A DNA stretch of 64,000 nt from the NCBI GenBank assembly GCA_963762905.1, contig CAVXMJ010000011.1, positions 201,318 to 265,317 on the forward strand, read 5' to 3'. The first letter of the stretch is position 1; each line of letters begins with the position of its first letter. Below, piece by piece: positions 46,249-55,754 of this stretch. The position numbers and the translations under genes are program-made. This stretch comes from an uncultured Acidobacteriaceae bacterium. GTDB taxonomy: Bacteria; Acidobacteriota; Terriglobia; Terriglobales; Acidobacteriaceae. A model generated the notes under the pieces. The model worked only from the letters and a program-made list of their open reading frames with translations, was not told the origin of the DNA and ran no database searches.

Positions 46249-48432
46249 TTATTCCGGTTTGGCCTGACCAACGGAGCTGTCTTCTTTGGCCAGCCTGACG
46301 CGGGCGCCTTCCAGCTTCTTTTGCACCTTCTCCACGTCGCCCGGTTCGATGTCAGCGGCAGAAGCCTTTGCGAATTCATCGAGCGAAAGCTGCCATTGTG
46401 CCGCAGCCAGCCGGATGCGCCCGGTCTTTTCGTAGAGATCGCCAAGGTGCATGTGCACTGTGGGATCGGTCTGGTCGCGATTGACGGCCTGCCGCAGGTT
46501 GTCCTCTGCCAACTCGTACTCGCCCATCTTGAAATAGACCCAACCCAGCGAATCGAGGTACGCGCCATTCCCGGGCTCGAGATCGACAGCCTGGCGAATC
46601 ATCTTGAGCGCTTCGGGCAGCTTCACGCCTTTGTCGGCCCACATATAACCGAGATAGTTGAGCGTCATCGCGTTGTCGGGGTCCAGATTCAACGCCTGAC
46701 GGAAGAATTGCTCGGCCTGATCCACGTGCTTCTGGCGCTCGGCACACTCGCCGCGGAGAAAGAACAAGTAGGTCCGGTCTTCCTTCTTGGTTGCCAGCGG
46801 GTCGGCCTTGTCCAAGGCATCTTCCGCGTCCTTCCAGCGTTTCAGGCGAACGTTCATCTGCGCCAGCGCCAACCAAACCCCGCGCTGCTGGTCCGGGGTG
46901 GCGCCATCGAGCAGGCCCTTTGCCATTGCCAGACCTTCATCGGGATGATCCTGGTCGGCGAGTTCTCCGGCAAGCATCAGCTTCAGGTCGCGGTCTTGGG
47001 GGCTCGCGGCAACTGCCTTGCGGGAGACCGCGATCGCCTTGTCAAACTGGTGAGCATCGCGGTACGCGTCCACTTGACCCTGGTAGCCTCGCGCGGCATA
47101 ACTTTCACCCATGTCGATCATCTTCTGGTACGCCGCGACTGCCGGATCGGTCTTGTTCTCCTCGAGGTAAACGGCTCCGAGGCGTTCCAGGAAGATGGCC
47201 CTGTTGTTTTTCTCGTCTTCCTTGTACGCGCCGTTGGCGTGCGAAGTGGCATCCACCATTTCCTGGTAGGTCTGAATGGCTTCGTCGAAGCGGCCCAAAA
47301 TGTCAAGGATCAGTCCTTCGTTGAAGCCTGCCTCCAATGAAGTCGGATCGATTTTGCGCGCCTTGCGGATCGTAGCCAGCGCATCTTCGTACTTGCCCTG
47401 GCGCCGCTGAATCTCGCCGATGTGGACCAGCGCCTCGGTGTTTTCAGGGTCGGCCTCGGCAAGAGCCTGATACTCCTTGAGCGCCTCATCAAGCTGGTCA
47501 GCGCTGAGAAGAGCCGCTGCAAGAGCATCCATCGTCTGCAGGTCGCCGGGCTCCAGATCGTCGGCCCGCTGGTAGGCGGCAATGGCGTCCTTCGGCTGCT
47601 TGAGCTGGTCGTAGAGTGCGCCCAGGGTGAACTCCATCTTTGGCGTGCGACCACTCGCGGGAACCGCCTCAATCGACTTCACGGCGTGTTGTATATCGCC
47701 GCTTTCGGCATACAGCCGTGCCAGGTTCAGCACCACCTCTTCTGACTCCGGTTCAATGGCCTGTGCAGTCTTGAATTCGGCTTCTGCCTTTTCCGGCTGA
47801 TGTTTAACCGTATAAAGCTGCCCCAGGACCATGTGGTCCTCAACACTCCTGGGCTGAAGGGCTACGATCTTCTCGAATTCCGCAATCGCCTGGTCGAGCA
47901 CGTTGCCGGAACTCACCGACGGTGCTCCGCCGTTTGCGCCCTCACCCAGTTGTCTCAGGTAAATGCGTCCCAAAAGCCGGTGTGCGTCGATGTCGTCAGG
48001 ATGGGACTTCAGCAGAGTGCGCGCCGTCGTTTCGGCGTCGTGCACGCGGTCAGCGCGGAAGTAAAGATCCGCCAAATCGTCGCTCAACTCCGCGGAATCG
48101 GGATCGGCATCGAGGGCTAGCTTGTACTGTTCGATGGCCTGGTTCAATTCATCGGTGCGTCCTTCGGAGATTGCGTCATCCTCATATACGCTGGCCAATG
48201 CCAGGTGAAAGTAAGCCTGGGCGCGGTTAGGCTCTGCCTCTGCCGTTTTGTCAGGAGCAATTGCCGGTTTCGAACCAGCATCCGCCTTCGCGGTCTCCAC
48301 TGGCGCAGCCTTGGCTGGGGCCAATGGGCTAGTCGCCGGTGAATTCTGAGCACGGGCGAGCCCTAGCGGGAGCAAAAAGAGAATAGCAACGGCAAACTCG
48401 GGCGCGACATCAAGCAGGGATTTTCTCATCAT
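46249..48432 (-). CDS. Exported tetratricopeptide repeat protein
   Basis: Signal peptide, many TPRs, C-terminal LNYLGY.WAD...AYLDSLGWVYFK.G...H.HLGD. Confidence 0.9.
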   Translation of the reverse strand: MMRKSLLDVAPEFAVAILFLLPLGLARAQNSPATSPLAPAKAAPVETAKADAGSKPAIAPDKTAEAEPNRAQAYFHLALASVYEDDAISEGRTDELNQAIEQYKLALDADPDSAELSDDLADLYFRADRVHDAETTARTLLKSHPDDIDAHRLLGRIYLRQLGEGANGGAPSVSSGNVLDQAIAEFEKIVALQPRSVEDHMVLGQLYTVKHQPEKAEAEFKTAQAIEPESEEVVLNLARLYAESGDIQHAVKSIEAVPASGRTPKMEFTLGALYDQLKQPKDAIAAYQRADDLEPGDLQTMDALAAALLSADQLDEALKEYQALAEADPENTEALVHIGEIQRRQGKYEDALATIRKARKIDPTSLEAGFNEGLILDILGRFDEAIQTYQEMVDATSHANGAYKEDEKNNRAIFLERLGAVYLEENKTDPAVAAYQKMIDMGESYAARGYQGQVDAYRDAHQFDKAIAVSRKAVAASPQDRDLKLMLAGELADQDHPDEGLAMAKGLLDGATPDQQRGVWLALAQMNVRLKRWKDAEDALDKADPLATKKEDRTYLFFLRGECAERQKHVDQAEQFFRQALNLDPDNAMTLNYLGYMWADKGVKLPEALKMIRQAVDLEPGNGAYLDSLGWVYFKMGEYELAEDNLRQAVNRDQTDPTVHMHLGDLYEKTGRIRLAAAQWQLSLDEFAKASAADIEPGDVEKVQKKLEGARVRLAKEDSSVGQAKPE

Positions 48433-48644
48433 GCAGGGAATTCCATAGTTTCTTAGCCGCAAATCGGACAAAAAAAGAAAGCGCGGCGCAGGCAGAGGAT
48501 CTGAGCGAACCTGCCCACCTAATACAGACGATTTTACCTGTCATTCGTCGCAAACGCGCGGCAGATTGCGGGATTTCCTGATACTAAAGGGGCACGCAAC
48601 GGCCAGACGACCCATCTTTCCCAACGACTCCATCTCTAAGTTCA

Positions 48645-50258
48645 TCAATGCCGGAAATGTCTGATCCCGGTAAAGACCATGGCCAAACTCAACTTGTCGG
48701 CTGCTGCAATCACTTCATCGTCCCGAACCGAGCCGCCCGGCTGAATGACTGCGGTGGCCCCGGCTTGGGCGACAGCCTCCAGGCCATCGGGGAAGGGAAA
48801 GAATGCGTCCGAGGCGGCGACACAGCCTTTCAGCGGCAGCACAGCTTTCATGGCGCCGAATTTCGCCGCGTCCACGCGGCTCATTTGTCCAGCGCCCACG
48901 CCCAGCGTCTGCCCGTCGCGCGCGTAGACGATGGCGTTCGATTTAACGTGCTTGCAGACACGCCACGCAAACAGCAGGCTGCGCAACTCCTCGGCTGAGG
49001 GCGGACGCCACGTGACCACCTTCAGCTCCGACTCCGTCACGCGGCCGGTATCGGCGTCCTGCAACAAAAGCCCTCCGGAAACATGCTTGACCACCGGGCG
49101 CGGCTGGGCGGCGCGAACCTCCACGAGACGCAGGTTCTTCTTCGCGGCAAAGCGCTCTCGCGCTTCAGGCGAGAAGCCCGGCGCCGCAATCGCCTCAACA
49201 AACAGCTTGGCGATCTCTTCGGCTGCACTTCCGTCGACCTCGCGGTTGATGCCGATCACGCCGCCGAAGGCCGATAGCGGATCGCAGGCCAGCGCTTTTT
49301 GATATGCCTCAAGAATCGTTGCGCCGGTAGCAGCTCCGCATGGGTTCGTATGTTTGACGATGATGACTGTGGGTTCCTCAAACTCCTGCGCCAGCTCCCA
49401 GCATGCGTCCAGATCGACAAGATTGTTAAAGCTGAGCTCTTTGCCCTGCAACTGCGTTGCGCCTGCGATGCCGCGGCCGGAGCCGTCGGCATATAGAGCG
49501 GCGCGCTGGTGTGGATTCTCGCCGTAACGCAGTGCCTGGGCCAGCGGAAGATTGATCCGCAGTGTGGAAGGAAGGGAAGCAAGATCAGGCGAGGCAGCCT
49601 CCGCGGCCAAAGGAGCCTCAGCAATCCGCTCAAGAGTGTTGGCAATAGCCGCGTCGTACGCAGCGGTGACTGCGAAGGCTTGCTTTGCCAGGCGCCAGCG
49701 TGTCGCGTGGGTGAGCGCCCCGCTATTGGCTTTTAGCTCCTCGATCAGGGTCGCGTAGTCCGCCGCGCGAGTCACGATCGCCACGTCCTCAAAATTCTTT
49801 GCCGCGGATCGCACCATCGACGGGCCGCCAATGTCGATGTTTTCGATCAGGTGCCCGAATCCCACGCCCGTCTGCGCAGCGGTCTTCTCAAACGCATATA
49901 GATTCACAACCACCATATCGATCGGCTCAATGCCGTGAGCCGCTACCGCCGATTCGTGCTCCGCGTTGCCGCGAATGTAAAGCAGGCCACCATGTACACG
50001 CGGGTGCAGCGTCTTCACCCGGCCGTCGAGCATCTCAGGAAAACCCGTCAGTTCGCTGATGTCCTTGACCGCCAGACCGGCCTCGCGCAATGCCTTTGCC
50101 GTTCCACCCGTCGAGACCAGCTCAACCCCGAAGCTCTTAAGCGCCTTCGCAAATTCAACCAGCCCGCTTTTGTCCGTCACACTCAGCAGCGCGCGCCGAA
50201 TCGGCTTCGCGCCAGTTTGGGTTGCGCCAGTCTCACGTCTATCGATTTCCGAGCTCAA
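48645..50258 (-). CDS. purH: Bifunctional AICAR transformylase/IMP cyclohydrolase
   Basis: [62 protein letters not shown]. Confidence 0.98.
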   Translation of the reverse strand: MSSEIDRRETGATQTGAKPIRRALLSVTDKSGLVEFAKALKSFGVELVSTGGTAKALREAGLAVKDISELTGFPEMLDGRVKTLHPRVHGGLLYIRGNAEHESAVAAHGIEPIDMVVVNLYAFEKTAAQTGVGFGHLIENIDIGGPSMVRSAAKNFEDVAIVTRAADYATLIEELKANSGALTHATRWRLAKQAFAVTAAYDAAIANTLERIAEAPLAAEAASPDLASLPSTLRINLPLAQALRYGENPHQRAALYADGSGRGIAGATQLQGKELSFNNLVDLDACWELAQEFEEPTVIIVKHTNPCGAATGATILEAYQKALACDPLSAFGGVIGINREVDGSAAEEIAKLFVEAIAAPGFSPEARERFAAKKNLRLVEVRAAQPRPVVKHVSGGLLLQDADTGRVTESELKVVTWRPPSAEELRSLLFAWRVCKHVKSNAIVYARDGQTLGVGAGQMSRVDAAKFGAMKAVLPLKGCVAASDAFFPFPDGLEAVAQAGATAVIQPGGSVRDDEVIAAADKLSLAMVFTGIRHFRH

Positions 50259-50458
50259 AACTCCACTCCTGATTGAAGGAATCCGTCGCGGCCCGCGCCT
50301 TACTCCATTTGGGGCCGCCCAACAAATTCCAGATTACATTGCGGGGGCGAGCCAAATGCCGAAGAGTGGAACGCGGCTGTGGAGGGCAGAATGTAACGCA
50401 CCTCGCCCGTTGTAAAGCCTGAGCAGGTGTTTACATGGGAATGCTTTAGAGTGATGGT

Positions 50459-51298
50459 ATGGGAAGTTATCCCTCGACGCCCCAGCCGGAGATTCTGCCT
50501 CCCGCCATCGAGACCGTGCCGCCGCGGCGACGGCGGCGTCCTGCATGGGCCGAGTCGCCAGCCACCTATCTGCTCGTTGGCATCAATTGCGCCGTGTTTT
50601 TGGCCATGGTGGTGCGTGGCTGCAGCGTGTGGATGCCGACTCTCGATCAATTGATGTTCTGGGGCGCTGACCGGCCCAACAATGTGCTCGTCTACGGCGA
50701 GTGGTGGCGTATCGTCACCGCGATGTTCGTTCACGTGGGCATTCTCCACCTGGCGACAAACATGTGGTGCCTGTGGAACCTTGGACTACTTGCAGAGCCT
50801 CTTATGGGATCGTTTGGCTTGATCGCTGCCTACATCCTCACCGGCGCTGCGGGGAATCTGCTTTCCACCTTTTACAACTGGGTTCGGCCGATTCACGACG
50901 CATCGGGATCGCCCTACTTTCAGGCCGGCGCGGGGGCGTCGGGCGCGGTCTTTGGCATCGCCGGCGCGTTGATCGTGCTGCTCAAGTCGAAGCAACTTCC
51001 TGTGCCGCCGCTGGAAGTACGAAAACTGCGCAAGTCCGTGATCTATTTCGCAGCGATCAATCTCGTGATCGGTCTTTCCATCAACTTTGGCAGCGGCTTT
51101 ACCGGGGTGGAAGTCGACAATTCGGCGCACATCGGCGGTTTCCTGTGCGGCCTGCTTTTCGCGGTTCCCATGGTGCCACGCATTGGCTCGCCGCGCAGTG
51201 ACTTCCAGTTCAAATTAAGGCTGGCAGTCGCATTGGTGGTGCTGCTTCTCGTGTTGTTCGGGTTTTATGTGGCCCATATACCCCCGCCGCAAGGCTGA
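50459..51298 (+). CDS. Rhomboid family intramembrane serine protease
   Basis: EWWR, F.H.G..H...NM, GASGAVFG, AHIGG. Confidence 0.93.
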   Translation: MGSYPSTPQPEILPPAIETVPPRRRRRPAWAESPATYLLVGINCAVFLAMVVRGCSVWMPTLDQLMFWGADRPNNVLVYGEWWRIVTAMFVHVGILHLATNMWCLWNLGLLAEPLMGSFGLIAAYILTGAAGNLLSTFYNWVRPIHDASGSPYFQAGAGASGAVFGIAGALIVLLKSKQLPVPPLEVRKLRKSVIYFAAINLVIGLSINFGSGFTGVEVDNSAHIGGFLCGLLFAVPMVPRIGSPRSDFQFKLRLAVALVVLLLVLFGFYVAHIPPPQG

Positions 51299-51310
51299 GG
51301 CCGGGCGATG

Positions 51311-51664
51311 CTACCGCACCGCTGTCGCCGAAAACTTCTTCACCATCGCCAAAAGCAGTTTGCGGTCGCTCTCATTCAGATTCGTTGAGTAACGGCGAAG
51401 CTGCGTGAGAAAACGCAGCTCGTCATCGGAGAGATTCTGCGTGTTCATCTGGCGCGAGAGGGTGTCACTGGCAAAGAATTGCGCGATAGGCAGGTCGAGC
51501 GCGTGAGCAATCTTGGCCAGGGTGTCCAGCGAGGGCACAGTGTGGCCATTCTCTACGCGCGACAAATAGCAGCGCAACAGTCCGGTCTTCTTTTCGATAT
51601 CTCCCTGCGACAATCCCTTTTGCAGGCGGTAAGCGCGAATCGTCGTCCCTATCTTTATGGTCAT
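51311..51664 (-). CDS. XRE-family HTH transcriptional regulator
   Basis: IG..IR.YR..KGLSQ......GL...YLSRVENG...PSL.TL.KIA.AL. Start is ATG 51664. Confidence 0.9.
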   Translation of the reverse strand: MTIKIGTTIRAYRLQKGLSQGDIEKKTGLLRCYLSRVENGHTVPSLDTLAKIAHALDLPIAQFFASDTLSRQMNTQNLSDDELRFLTQLRRYSTNLNESDRKLLLAMVKKFSATAVR

Positions 51665-51722
51665 TTCGCTTCCTGTCCGTTGCGTGCCCAAGTTTACTAA
51701 CCCGGCAGCAATCAGAGAATTA

Positions 51723-51738
51723 TTAACTTGAGAGTTAA
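51723..51738. promoter_or_regulatory. Palindrome TTAACT-N4-AGTTAA between the divergent XRE and TBDR genes; candidate operator
   Basis: Perfect 6-bp arms in an AT-rich patch about 60 nt upstream of the XRE start. Confidence 0.4.
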
Positions 51739-51975
51739 CATGCGGCCGTGGTGATTGCAAGTGCAAAACTTCCCGTCGCGTTCAACTGATCAACTGAAGC
51801 GGCAGCAGGCCGTTTACCAGGCCGCGCATGCCCATCCGTAAACCTTCGTACCGCAAGGCTCGTCAGACTGAATACTGGCTACAACCGGTCTCAAGAATGC
51901 CTTTGCGGGTTACGGGGCGAGGAAGGGGCCCGGTACCGGGGTTGTCCCAGCGGTTTCGTGAGTCGGCAATGAGGT

Positions 51976-54900
51976 TTGATAAGGCCGATTATGGAGAGGT
52001 CGAGTGGCGCGATGCGACAGGCAGCAATGAGGCGTGCGAGTGCGGCCGGGTTTGTATTCGCCGCCTGCCTGGCTGCATGGGCCCAAGCTCCGGCCACACC
52101 TCAGGCAGTTCAAGGTCCCTCAACGTCCGTCGCGCCGGCCGCACCCGAGCTCGCCACCGGCGGCAAACTCCACGGCATCGTCAAAAGCGGCACCATCCTC
52201 CTGCCGGGCGTCACGGTTGTAGCGCAGAACACCCTCACCGGCAAGCGCTACTCCACGACAACCGACATCACGGGTGCGTGGCAACTGAATATTCCGCAAA
52301 ACGGCCGTTATGTCATCCGCACTCAGTTTGCAGCTTTCGCGCAAGGATCGCAGGAGGCCGTTCTGAATGCAACCAGCCGCGATCAGTACGCGAACTTCGA
52401 GTTAATTCTGGCTTCGCGGCAAGCCGAAATCGATCGGCAACAGGCGCAGCAAAGCGCGCGCCAAGGTACTGACGGGCAAAACATCCAGCAAATAGCTGGC
52501 AATTCGGCCCAGAACCTCAGCCTGTTGAATACTCTCGAAGCCGACACAGACACGGCCGCCGGCGCGGCCGGCGCGAGCGGAGCCGCTTTGCCATCGATTG
52601 CCGGCAACTCCGATTTCAGTGAGGATTCGGTGGCGATCAGCGGGCAGGCGGGCCAGGTAAGCGCGCTGGCCGGCCTCGATCCCGATCGCATTCGCGATGC
52701 CGCGCTATCGATTCAGGCGCAAGGCGGCCTCAATGGTCAAGGGGTTCAGAGCGGACTATTTGGCGGCTATGGCGGAGGGGGGGGATTCGGTGGCGCTTTT
52801 GGCGGCGGAGGATTCGGCGGTGGCGGGGGATTCGGTGGAAGAGGCGGCGGCGGTGGAGGCGGCCGCGGAAACTTCCGCAATTTCAATCCCGGGCAGCCCC
52901 ATGGCTCTGTCGCTTGGAATGGAACAAACTCAGCGATCAATGCGCTGCCGTTTTCGCTTCTCGGCCAGCCACAGATTCAACCGCCCAACGGAACCAATCG
53001 CTTCACGCTCTCTTTCATGAGCGCACCGTATCTTCCCCATTTGACCAAGCCCAGCGGCAAGGACACCGTCTTTCTGACTCTCTCCGGCACGCGCTCGTCA
53101 TTGCCCGACGATTTTTATGCCACGGTTCCCACGGACGCGGAGCGAACCGGCAATTTTACCGGCCTTCCGCCCATCTACGATCCAGTCACCGGCCAGCAAT
53201 TCACCGGCAACATGATTCCCTCCACAGGGGCTCCGGGTGAGTCCATCTCTCTGCAGTCGGCGGCGTTGCTCAACTATTTCCCCGCGCCGAACTTGCCTGC
53301 TGACAGCACCATCAACGGCTACAACTACCACCTGCTGACCACCGCGCAGTCGAACACCACGCAAGCCGGCATTCGTTATAACCGCAGCCTCGGCGCCAAC
53401 GCTACGCAGCCCGGTGCTCGCGGCGGATCAGGCGGAGGCAGACGCGGCGGCTCGCAGAATCAAGGCCTTCGACAGAGCATCAATCTCAACTACAACTGGT
53501 CCCACTCCGCCTCGGACCTCGTGAATCTGTTTCCCGATTTAGGCGGCAAGAGCGCGTCGAGTTCCTATTCGCTGCAAGCCGGCTACACCGTGGGCTACCA
53601 CCGCTTCACCAGCATCTCCAACGTCAATTGGAATCGCAGCAACAGCCGCACCACGAACTTCTTTACTGACACCACTAACAATCCCGCGGCTTCGGCAAGC
53701 GTGACCATTCCGAACAACGTTCCCCTCAACTACGGCGTTCCCGACGTTTCGCTCAGCAATGGCATCCAGGGCCTGAGTGAAACCCAGCCGAGTTTCTCCA
53801 TCGCGCAGACCATATCTTTCAGTGAAGTCTTCAGTTGGATTCGCGGCAAGCACAACATGCGTTTCGGCGGCGACTACCGCCGTGTGCACCGCGACTTTCT
53901 CGCCGGCTCCAACGCCACCGGAGACTTTGCATTCACGGGGCTCTTTACCGAGGATGCAGCGCAGGACCCAACGACGGGCTCTTCGATCGCTGACTTTTTG
54001 CTCGGATTGCCGCAGTCCACCACGCTCAACTCATCGCTCGCCAAGAGTTATCTGCGCGACAACGTTGTTGACGCCTACGCCATGGACGACTGGCGGATGC
54101 TGCCCTCATTCACCGTGAATTTCGGCGTGCGTTGGGAATTCTTCGCGCCTTACACGGAAAAATACGGACACCTGGCCGACATAGCCACCAATCCCGACGG
54201 CGGATTCTCGAGCGAGACCGAGCAGACTGCCGGAATGAACGGCCTGCCCGATTCGCTCGTCCTTCCCTGGCACAAAGCATTCCAGCCTCGCGTCGGCCTT
54301 GCCTGGCGCGTGCCAAAGATCAAGCAGACTGTCGTGCGCGCCGGGTTTGGCACCAACTACACCGTCGGCGAGTTTGCCGGCTTTGCCACCACCATGGCGC
54401 ATCAACCGCCATTCACTGACGAACAGACCAACCAGGAAGCCGTAGGCAACACGGCTTCATCAGCGTGTGCAATGGCCGGGACCTGTTTCACGCTGGCCAG
54501 TGGATTTCCCGCGCCTGCCGCGATCGGCAACTACGCGCTCGATCCACGCTATGGACTGCCCTACGTGATGGCGTGGAATCTCGATATTCAAAAGACGCTG
54601 CCCTGGGGCATCGTGATGAATCTCGGCTATAACGGATCGCGATCCAATCATCTTGACGTAAAGCTCGCGCCGCGCGCGCTGCCTTCGAGCCCGGGCACCG
54701 ATCCTTCGGGACTTCTTTTCACTTACGACGAAGCCGCGGCCTATTACAAGATGAACGCCGCAACCGTCCGCCTGAATAAACGACTGTCGCACGGCGTGTC
54801 GGTTGGCGCGAACTATCAATACGGTCATGCTATCGACGACGCCTCCTCCATCAATGGCGGCACGGCATCGGTCGTCCAGGACTGGCAGAATCCGGGTGCC

Positions 54901-55479
54901 GAAGAGGGCCACTCAGCCCTCGATATTCGCCACCAGGTCAGCGGGACGTATCTCTTTGAGCTGCCATTCGGGCCCGACAAATATTGGGTCACGACCGGCG
55001 TGGGATCGCACATCCTTGAAGGATTTTCGATGTCGGGCGCCTTCAACTTTGCCACCGGATCTTGGCTGTCCCCGGGGTTCGAGCCCACCGCGCAAAGCGT
55101 GGAGTGCGGCAATACCAGTGGACTGCGATCAAACCTCACAGGTCAATCGGTGACGGCCGGCGGCGGTTCGTTGCGCAAGTGGTTCAATACCGCGGCCTAC
55201 ACAACACCGAGCAATACGCCGGGATTCTGCGATTACTTCGGCAGCGCTCCCCGCAATTCGATTGAGGGGCCGGGAACAGTCTCGAATAACATGTCGCTTT
55301 CTAAGACCTTGAACATGGGCGAGACGCGGAGCATGGAGATGCGAGCCACCATAGACAACGTCTTTAACACGGTGCAGTATTCGGGCGTGAATACCACCGA
55401 AGGCTCGCCGACATTCGGTGAAGTGACTTCGGTGGGTGCGATGCGATCGTTCCAGTTTATGGCGAGGTTCAGATTCTGA
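51976..55479 (+). CDS. TonB-dependent-receptor-like outer membrane beta-barrel with carboxypeptidase-regulatory-like N-domain and Gly/Phe-rich segment (true start may be 52012 or 52027)
   Basis: Signal peptide, LHG.VKSG...LPGVTV, VPT.AER.GNF, GKHNMRFGGDYRR, ADFLLG.P, QPRVG.AW, RNSI.GPG, C-terminal RSFQFMARFRF. Confidence 0.88.
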   Translation: MIRPIMERSSGAMRQAAMRRASAAGFVFAACLAAWAQAPATPQAVQGPSTSVAPAAPELATGGKLHGIVKSGTILLPGVTVVAQNTLTGKRYSTTTDITGAWQLNIPQNGRYVIRTQFAAFAQGSQEAVLNATSRDQYANFELILASRQAEIDRQQAQQSARQGTDGQNIQQIAGNSAQNLSLLNTLEADTDTAAGAAGASGAALPSIAGNSDFSEDSVAISGQAGQVSALAGLDPDRIRDAALSIQAQGGLNGQGVQSGLFGGYGGGGGFGGAFGGGGFGGGGGFGGRGGGGGGGRGNFRNFNPGQPHGSVAWNGTNSAINALPFSLLGQPQIQPPNGTNRFTLSFMSAPYLPHLTKPSGKDTVFLTLSGTRSSLPDDFYATVPTDAERTGNFTGLPPIYDPVTGQQFTGNMIPSTGAPGESISLQSAALLNYFPAPNLPADSTINGYNYHLLTTAQSNTTQAGIRYNRSLGANATQPGARGGSGGGRRGGSQNQGLRQSINLNYNWSHSASDLVNLFPDLGGKSASSSYSLQAGYTVGYHRFTSISNVNWNRSNSRTTNFFTDTTNNPAASASVTIPNNVPLNYGVPDVSLSNGIQGLSETQPSFSIAQTISFSEVFSWIRGKHNMRFGGDYRRVHRDFLAGSNATGDFAFTGLFTEDAAQDPTTGSSIADFLLGLPQSTTLNSSLAKSYLRDNVVDAYAMDDWRMLPSFTVNFGVRWEFFAPYTEKYGHLADIATNPDGGFSSETEQTAGMNGLPDSLVLPWHKAFQPRVGLAWRVPKIKQTVVRAGFGTNYTVGEFAGFATTMAHQPPFTDEQTNQEAVGNTASSACAMAGTCFTLASGFPAPAAIGNYALDPRYGLPYVMAWNLDIQKTLPWGIVMNLGYNGSRSNHLDVKLAPRALPSSPGTDPSGLLFTYDEAAAYYKMNAATVRLNKRLSHGVSVGANYQYGHAIDDASSINGGTASVVQDWQNPGAEEGHSALDIRHQVSGTYLFELPFGPDKYWVTTGVGSHILEGFSMSGAFNFATGSWLSPGFEPTAQSVECGNTSGLRSNLTGQSVTAGGGSLRKWFNTAAYTTPSNTPGFCDYFGSAPRNSIEGPGTVSNNMSLSKTLNMGETRSMEMRATIDNVFNTVQYSGVNTTEGSPTFGEVTSVGAMRSFQFMARFRF

Positions 55480-55628
55480 AAGGCAGCGTAACGAGCGGAG
55501 TTAGGTTGGCAGGCGCGATTCGAACTTTGGAAAGAGTCCTATGGACGCGCGCTGCGAGGCTTGGAGAGAGAGTCAGGGTGGCAAGCGTGCTTCAAGTTTT
55601 GGAGAAGGTCTCAATTTGCGGCAGGCCT

Positions 55629-55715
55629 CGCGCCGGAGGCGCAGCGTATGTTAGCCCCGCGCTTCAGCGTGGGGATGAGAGGCAAGGCGAGAACGGGAGT
55701 CCCGTAGGGACGGCG
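55629..55715 (+). repeat. About 87-bp dispersed repeat, copy 2 (copy 1 at 17731-17817)
   Basis: cgcgccggaggcgcag...gttagccccgcgcttcagcgtgggga-N19-gggagtcccgtagggacggcg, with internal hairpins. Confidence 0.75.
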
Positions 55716-55754
55716 GTCGCAGATGGTCGGGGCTTCGGCCCCTTGGGAAATCGC

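Noticed and set aside
50259-50450. ZMP/ZTP (pfl) riboswitch upstream of purH
   Set aside because: The GACTGGCG...GTGG and CGCCTGGGC signature sequences are not present.
55506-55754. 83-aa N-terminal extension of the VWA ORF
   Set aside because: It runs through a dispersed repeat, and a proper signal peptide begins at ATG 55755.
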